Part shown: in pieces, positions 58,548 through 64,000 of the stretch
Layout of the letters: each line of letters starts with the position of its first letter
How positions within the stretch are numbered: position 1 is the first letter of the stretch
Source of the DNA: Promethearchaeota archaeon
GTDB lineage: Archaea; Asgardarchaeota; Lokiarchaeia; Sigyniarchaeales; SOKP01
Reading direction: 5' to 3'
Length of the DNA stretch: 64,000 nucleotides
Assembly: GCA_048940925.1 (NCBI GenBank)
Contig: JBHLOC010000007.1
Location: forward strand, 32,001 to 96,000
The notes under the pieces: model-generated
What the model was told of the DNA's origin: nothing
The model's database searches: none
The model's input: the letters and a program-made list of their open reading frames with translations, nothing else
Program-made: the position numbers and the translations under genes

Positions 58548-61136
58548 ATGAATTATGGTGGAATTATGGAAGTAGAACAACGTAAGATTTATGAAGAACA
58601 AATTAATAAGTATAAGGAATTACGTCCGCTTTATAAACAGTATAGTAAGATTTTGAAAAAAATATTGGATAATTTAGTTTGTGGTTGTTCGTCTGAATTT
58701 ATTATAGAACGAAGAGTCAAATCTATTTCTGGTTTTGCAAATAAAATATTCAATCCCGAAGAAACATATACTAATCCTATTTTGGAAATAAAAGATTTAT
58801 GTGGGATTCGGATTATTCTTCCTAATATTAGTGAAATGAATGCTGTTTGTAACGTTATTCGTGATAATTTTATTGTTGATATCACTGAAAGTAGTGAGAT
58901 AATTGGACCAAGTACAGGTATGGATATTTTAGAGCATTATCGCACATATATAGTCCAGCTTATCCCAACATTAAGTCTTTATGAGAGATTAAATTTGAAA
59001 ATTCCTGATGAAATTTTTAATTTAAAAGCAGAAATACAAGTTCGCACCTATCTTAGTCAGGGTTGGGCAGCAAATCAAGATCAAATTTTCAAAAAGTATG
59101 AATTTAAAGTACCAAGAGCGTATGAACAGGAATTTAGTCGCGTAAAATCATTATTAACGATTGAAGATGATGCTTTAGATAATATTATGAAAAAAATGCA
59201 GGATTACAAATCAATATATGGTGCTTATATGTCAAATGAAAAAATAAAATCAGAGATTGAAAGATTAGAGATGGTTTATGAAGCAGATAAAAGTAATTAT
59301 GAAATAGGTCATAGAATAGCAAAATTAGCAATGACAGTTAACAATATGGATAAATCTATAGAAATTTTAAATGAAATCATTAATAATCCTGAATTTAAAC
59401 AAGCTCCTGCTATAGAAATTGCTAATATATTGCGAGATTTTGGAACTTCACATCATATAAAATATAAAAAAGAGCCACGGGGTGCAAATTTCTTAAAAGG
59501 ACAATCTTACTTAAAAGAAGCAGTTCAGAAAAATCCTCTTGATTATGATGCGTGGTCATCTTTAGGGGGGACCTATAAAGACCAAAAAAACCTTGATAAG
59601 GCATTAGAATGCTATAAACAAGCATTAAAAGTCAATCCTGGTGATCCTTATCCATTAGGGAATTATCTAGTTTTAAATATTCAACAAACAGGAAATTTAT
59701 TACATATTGAAAAAAACCATGAAATGATTAAAAAAGCGATTGAAAAAAGGTTAAGACAAGTAGAAGTTATGGTAGACATGCCTTGGGCTTATTTTGATTT
59801 AGGGTTGTTTAATTTATTTTTAGGAAACCTACATTTAGCTCTAGATAATTATTTGAAAGGAATTCGATTCAGCCCGAATATTTGGATGATTGAAACTACA
59901 TTAAATACCTTAAATAATCTTAATATTGTTCAAAATAAGTTAGAAGGCATAAAAACCGTAAAACATTTATTACTGCTAGGAATATATTTTCATCCGAATC
60001 TTGAAGAAAAAACTGAAAAACTGTTAGAGGAAACTATTCTTAAATTAGATGCTGACTTTGACCAAAAAGAAAAAGATTTTGGTGATTCTATAGTTATTAT
60101 AGCTGGAGGAACAGATGAGCGAATAGAAAGAAGCCTGGATGCTATAAGAAATAATCTAATTGAGTCCTTTAGCGATTTTGGATGCACAATTATCTCAGGA
60201 GGCACAAAATCTGGTATTAGTAAGATAGTAGGAGATATACAAGAAAAATACCCAAGTAATATTAAAACGGTTGGATATATCCCAAGTCATATTCCCGCTC
60301 ATGTAGAATTGGACAAAAGGTATTCCGCAATCCATATTACAGAAGGAAAAGATTTTAGCATCTTGGAACCTTTGCATTATTGGTATGATTTAATGAAATC
60401 TGGAATTGAACCGAGTAGAATTAAACTTATTGGAATCAATGGAGGAAATATTGCGGCTTTTGAGTTTCATGTTGCGATTGTATTTGGAGCGCAAGTGGGT
60501 ATAATGAAAAATAGTGGTAGAGCATCTTCAGAATTAATTAACGATCCTAGCTGGGAAGAACCAACGGGACCTGAATATGGCTATAAACCAAAGAAATTGA
60601 TTAAAGTTTTGAAAAATTCAACAGAAGATATTTATAACTTTTTGACAAAGCCATTTATAATTGATCCTGATATAGATAATATTCAAAAGTTACTTATACA
60701 ATATCGAGAAAGCGGAGCAGATATGTATGAATTAAATTTTACCTCAGAAGAAATCGATAATACTATATTTTCTGGATTTTTAACGGCCTTGGATCTTATC
60801 GCAAGCCAAGAATTAAAGGTAGGCGAAATTGTATCAATAAAGTTCAGTGAAGGTCATTTGACTGGAGGATTCTTTACTAATAAGGAATTTAAAATAGTAT
60901 TTTTACTAAATGAGACACCCTCACCATCGTTAGAAGAAAAAATTACTGATTATATAAAAGAGGTAGAAAGTAAATTAGGTGAACATTTTCATACTCTACA
61001 ACAAAGTTGTCGGGGTTATCTTGGGGGTAAAGAGATGAATATGATTCTTTCAAATATCTTTGGTTCAGAAATTTTAAAATTTGTAGACACAAAATTCGAG
61101 CAAGAATCTTCAGAACTAGTTCAAGTGCCTGAATAA
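58548..61136 (+). CDS. Multidomain signalling protein: RelA/SpoT-like nucleotidyltransferase + TPR + SLOG + longin-like domain
   Basis: RVKS...K, DLCGIRII, EIQVRT...WA; TPR (AWSSLGGTY....DKALECYKQALKVNP); SLOG-like AGGT, ISGGT.SGI...VG, VGY.P, GG..A..E, SGR.S..L; C-terminal FSGFLTAL longin-like fold. Confidence 0.8.
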   Translation: MNYGGIMEVEQRKIYEEQINKYKELRPLYKQYSKILKKILDNLVCGCSSEFIIERRVKSISGFANKIFNPEETYTNPILEIKDLCGIRIILPNISEMNAVCNVIRDNFIVDITESSEIIGPSTGMDILEHYRTYIVQLIPTLSLYERLNLKIPDEIFNLKAEIQVRTYLSQGWAANQDQIFKKYEFKVPRAYEQEFSRVKSLLTIEDDALDNIMKKMQDYKSIYGAYMSNEKIKSEIERLEMVYEADKSNYEIGHRIAKLAMTVNNMDKSIEILNEIINNPEFKQAPAIEIANILRDFGTSHHIKYKKEPRGANFLKGQSYLKEAVQKNPLDYDAWSSLGGTYKDQKNLDKALECYKQALKVNPGDPYPLGNYLVLNIQQTGNLLHIEKNHEMIKKAIEKRLRQVEVMVDMPWAYFDLGLFNLFLGNLHLALDNYLKGIRFSPNIWMIETTLNTLNNLNIVQNKLEGIKTVKHLLLLGIYFHPNLEEKTEKLLEETILKLDADFDQKEKDFGDSIVIIAGGTDERIERSLDAIRNNLIESFSDFGCTIISGGTKSGISKIVGDIQEKYPSNIKTVGYIPSHIPAHVELDKRYSAIHITEGKDFSILEPLHYWYDLMKSGIEPSRIKLIGINGGNIAAFEFHVAIVFGAQVGIMKNSGRASSELINDPSWEEPTGPEYGYKPKKLIKVLKNSTEDIYNFLTKPFIIDPDIDNIQKLLIQYRESGADMYELNFTSEEIDNTIFSGFLTALDLIASQELKVGEIVSIKFSEGHLTGGFFTNKEFKIVFLLNETPSPSLEEKITDYIKEVESKLGEHFHTLQQSCRGYLGGKEMNMILSNIFGSEILKFVDTKFEQESSELVQVPE

Positions 61137-61298
61137 AATCAGAATAATTATTTTTTTCATTTTTGCATTTAAATTTTCACCGTTAAGTTATATAATTCAA
61201 TCCTTAAAATCCTATAAAGAAATATATTTGGTTCGGATTATTCCATTTAGAAATCTTCAATAATTATGCTAAATAATTAAATGCTATAATTATAAAAC

Positions 61299-62561
61299 AT
61301 GGAGATATATTTGTCCAAAAAATTATATCTTGAAAATTCTTTCACGCTTTATAAAGAAGCGCTTGAATTAATACCTGGAGCAATATTAGGGATCCGAAGA
61401 CCTTATAATTTTGTAGAAGGAGAGTATCCTATATTTTTCGAAAGCGCTAAAGGGGGAAAGGTATCAGATGTGGATGGAAATGAGTATATTGATATGCTTT
61501 GTGCCTATGGGCCAATAATAATAGGACATAGAGAAGAAGAAATCGATAATGAAGTTATTAAGCAAATACAAGAAAAAGGATTTTGTATGTCATTAACTCA
61601 ACCACTACAAAATCAATTAGCTAAGAAATTGAGAAAAATGATACCTTGCTGTGAAAAAATGGTTTTTGTTAAAACGGGTTCGGATGCTACTACAACAGGT
61701 ATTAGAGTTGCTAGGGCATATACCAAACGTGTTAAATTATTAAGATGCGGATATCATGGATGGCATGATTGGGCTATAGGACATACTCTTGACGGCGGAA
61801 TCCCCAAAAAATCATTTGAAGATGTGCATGAATTTGAATTTAATAATCTTGATCAAGTAACGAATTTAATGGAAGAACATGGTAATGATGTAGCGGCTAT
61901 TATTACTACGCCTATAGATCATCCTGGTGGGCATGAAGTAAAAAAGCCAAATCCTGGTTTTTTAGAAGGCCTTCAAAAGTTAGCAAATGACTATGGATCT
62001 TTACTGATGTTTGATGAAATTCGTACTGGTTTTAGAGTTGATTTAGGTGGAGCACAAAAACTATTTGGAGTAATTCCTGATCTTGGTGCTTTTGGGAAAG
62101 CAATGGCAAATGGTTACCCAATAAGTTTTCTTGCTGGAAAAGAAAAAATTATGAATGTACTAATCGAAGAGGTTTTTCTCAGCTCAACATTTTTCCCAAA
62201 TAGTCTAGCTCAAGTAGCAGCTCTTAAAACAATAGAAATTATTGAGCGTGAAAAAGTCTTAGAGAATATCAGTAAAAAAGGGAATGTTTTTGCAAAAAAT
62301 ATTAGAGATTTAATAGAAGATAGTAGGATTCCTTGTGTTTTTACGGGAGATCCTTGGATGCCTTATATTACTTTTAACCCTGATCCAAATTATTTATATA
62401 GAAAATTGAGAGAGGAATTTTATACGCAATTGATTCGACGTAAAGTTTTTCTTCAGCCTTTCCATCATGGATACATTTGTTATCGTCATACAAATGAAGA
62501 TTTAGATTATGCAGCAGATATGATAAGAGAATCATTAAAAGAAACTAAAAAATTAATGTGA
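61299..62561 (+). CDS. kat: Class III aminotransferase, probable 3-aminobutyryl-CoA aminotransferase (HemL-like)
   Basis: GIRRPYNFV.GEYPIFF, DVDGNEYID.LCAYGP, KTGSDAT, GYHGWHDW, FDEIRTGFR, FGKAMANG; directly upstream of kce. Confidence 0.75.
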   Translation: MEIYLSKKLYLENSFTLYKEALELIPGAILGIRRPYNFVEGEYPIFFESAKGGKVSDVDGNEYIDMLCAYGPIIIGHREEEIDNEVIKQIQEKGFCMSLTQPLQNQLAKKLRKMIPCCEKMVFVKTGSDATTTGIRVARAYTKRVKLLRCGYHGWHDWAIGHTLDGGIPKKSFEDVHEFEFNNLDQVTNLMEEHGNDVAAIITTPIDHPGGHEVKKPNPGFLEGLQKLANDYGSLLMFDEIRTGFRVDLGGAQKLFGVIPDLGAFGKAMANGYPISFLAGKEKIMNVLIEEVFLSSTFFPNSLAQVAALKTIEIIEREKVLENISKKGNVFAKNIRDLIEDSRIPCVFTGDPWMPYITFNPDPNYLYRKLREEFYTQLIRRKVFLQPFHHGYICYRHTNEDLDYAADMIRESLKETKKLM

Positions 62562-62605
62562 ATTTTATTATCATTTATTCTTGTATATTCCAATAGTGAA
62601 ATTTT

Positions 62606-63430
62606 ATGGAAAATTTGATAATAACTGCCGCTATATGTGGTGCTGAGGTATCAAAAGAAAATAATCCAAATATTCCATATACTGTTAAGGAAATTGGAAA
62701 AGAAGCAAAGTATGCTTATGATGCAGGGGCTAGTATAATACATTTGCATGTTAGGGAAGATGACGGAACTCCAACCCAAGATAAAGAACGATTTCGAATG
62801 TGTATCGAAGAAATAAAAAGAAAATGTCCCAATGTTATTATACAACCTTCAACTGGCGGTGCAGTTGGAATGACTAATGAAGAACGTTTACAACCCATAT
62901 ATCTAGATCCTCATCCTGAGTTAGCAACCTTGGATTGTGGTACTATGAATTACGGTGGCGGAGATGAGATCTTTATCAATACAGAAAAAACTATAATCTA
63001 CTTTGCTGAGGAAATGAATAAGCGTGGCATAAAGTATGAATTAGAATGTTTTGATAAGGGTATGGTTGACATGGCATTGAGATTACATGATAAAGGCTAT
63101 ATTAAAGATCCTATGCATTTTAATTTCGTATTGGGAGTTATAGGGGGAATTGCCGCTACATCTCGCGATTTGGAATTTCTTAAACATAGTATTCCACCTG
63201 GATCAACTTTTACTGTATGTGCTGTAGGTAAACACGAGTTTCCTATGGTTATACAATCAATAATAATGGGTGGACATGCTAGAGTAGGTTTTGAAGACAA
63301 CGTTTATTTGTCAAAAGGAGTCTTGGCAAAATCTAATGGAGAACTAGTAGAAAAGGTTGTTAGGATTTCAAAAGAATTGGGGAGAGATATTGCTAGTCCT
63401 GATGAGGCACGCAAAATTTTGAAATTATAA
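62606..63430 (+). CDS. kce: 3-keto-5-aminohexanoate cleavage enzyme (BKACE/DUF849)
   Basis: LIITAAICGAE, HLH, QPSTGGAVGM, LDCGT.N, ECFD, RVGFEDN. Confidence 0.9.
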   Translation: MENLIITAAICGAEVSKENNPNIPYTVKEIGKEAKYAYDAGASIIHLHVREDDGTPTQDKERFRMCIEEIKRKCPNVIIQPSTGGAVGMTNEERLQPIYLDPHPELATLDCGTMNYGGGDEIFINTEKTIIYFAEEMNKRGIKYELECFDKGMVDMALRLHDKGYIKDPMHFNFVLGVIGGIAATSRDLEFLKHSIPPGSTFTVCAVGKHEFPMVIQSIIMGGHARVGFEDNVYLSKGVLAKSNGELVEKVVRISKELGRDIASPDEARKILKL

Positions 63431-63460
63431 TAAATAAATTGGTAAACCAAGGGAATAATA

Positions 63461-64000
63461 ATGTTGTACAATAAGTTAGCAAAATATTATGATTTAATAT
63501 ATTCATGGAAAGATTATAAGCAGGAAGTCAATAGCATTAAGAGTTTAATTAAAAAATATAAAAATTCTGATGGTAATGAATTACTTGATGTCGGGTGTGG
63601 AACAGGAAAGCATTTAAAATATTTAAAACTCGATTTTTCTTGTATCGGGATTGATATTAATATCGAAATGCTAAAAATTGCAAGAGACAATATAAAAGAT
63701 GTAATTTTTACTCAAGCAGATATGATAACTATGGATCTCAACAAAAAGTTCGATATAATAATAAGCCTTTTTAGTTCTATTGGGCATGTAAAAACCTACA
63801 ATAATTTAAAACAAACGATTCTAAACTTCTCAAGACATTTAAAAAAAGGTGGAGTGGTAGTTATTGAACCATGGCTTACTAAATCAACTTACGATGTTGG
63901 ACGTCCCGGAATGACTACTTATGAGACAGAAGATATAAAGATTGCAAGATTAAATACTACAAAATTAGAAAATGACTTGTCAATCTTGGAGATGCATTAT
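63461..64000 (+). CDS. Class I SAM-dependent methyltransferase (3' truncated by the window edge)
   Basis: MLYNKLAKYYDLIYSWKDY...LLDVGCGTGKH...GID...ML..A...DM...FD.I..LFSS.G...HLK.GG...IEPW; the frame is open to the window end. Confidence 0.9.
   Translation, partial: MLYNKLAKYYDLIYSWKDYKQEVNSIKSLIKKYKNSDGNELLDVGCGTGKHLKYLKLDFSCIGIDINIEMLKIARDNIKDVIFTQADMITMDLNKKFDIIISLFSSIGHVKTYNNLKQTILNFSRHLKKGGVVVIEPWLTKSTYDVGRPGMTTYETEDIKIARLNTTKLENDLSILEMHY

Noticed and set aside
37662-61136. Calling the cluster a canonical Thoeris/CBASS/Pycsar system or a mobile defence island
   Set aside because: No SIR2/Macro ThsA, cyclase, integrase or transposase was recognised. The TIRs are membrane-anchored with ectodomains, and a defence role is unproven.
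61299-62561. Annotation as glutamate-1-semialdehyde aminomutase (hemL)
   Set aside because: The N-terminal motif is GIRRPYNF rather than the HemL GVNSPVR, and the gene is linked to kce.
614-63300. The many short ORFs (60-157 aa) overlapping longer genes, e.g. 1058..1423, 17851..18324, 32070..32438, 57390..57650
   Set aside because: They are antisense or off-frame shadows of well-supported CDSs with no recognisable motifs.

Overview
AT-rich, gene-dense archaeal DNA, most consistent with an Asgard archaeon of the Lokiarchaeia/Promethearchaeia type. The cues are a Rab-like GTPase fused to a longin/uDENN-like N-terminus, I[PS]GY-TM-basic (Loki-CTERM-like) tails, NosD-type surface proteins and double AsnC regulators. 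The first ~37 kb is mostly metabolic and transport genes. These include two paralogous P-type ATPases flanking a DedA/VTT gene, tdh/kbl, SDRs, a TPP enzyme and hypB, plus two pseudogene remnants missed by the ORF track. The standout is a + strand cluster at ~37.7-61.1 kb. It holds five membrane proteins that all end in a cytoplasmic TIR domain retaining the catalytic Glu. Four are single-pass receptors with large, shuffled ectodomains (beta-helix, 7-blade propeller, Ig-like, Ca-binding repeats), a Toll-like-receptor-style topology. The array is interleaved with an orphan solute-binding protein and followed by a RelA/SpoT-like NTase-TPR-SLOG-longin fusion, a plausible reader of TIR-made nucleotide signals. 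Other notable items are a P-type ATPase with a flippase-like PINL M4 motif that has lost Ca-site ligands, a 7TM protein with a C4C4 RING-like finger, an unannotated 55-aa 10-Cys protein with a likely ATT start, a KDSR-like SDR and a kat-kce lysine fermentation pair. No rRNA, tRNA, CRISPR array or transposase was recognised. All family calls come from motif recognition by eye; no database searches were run.
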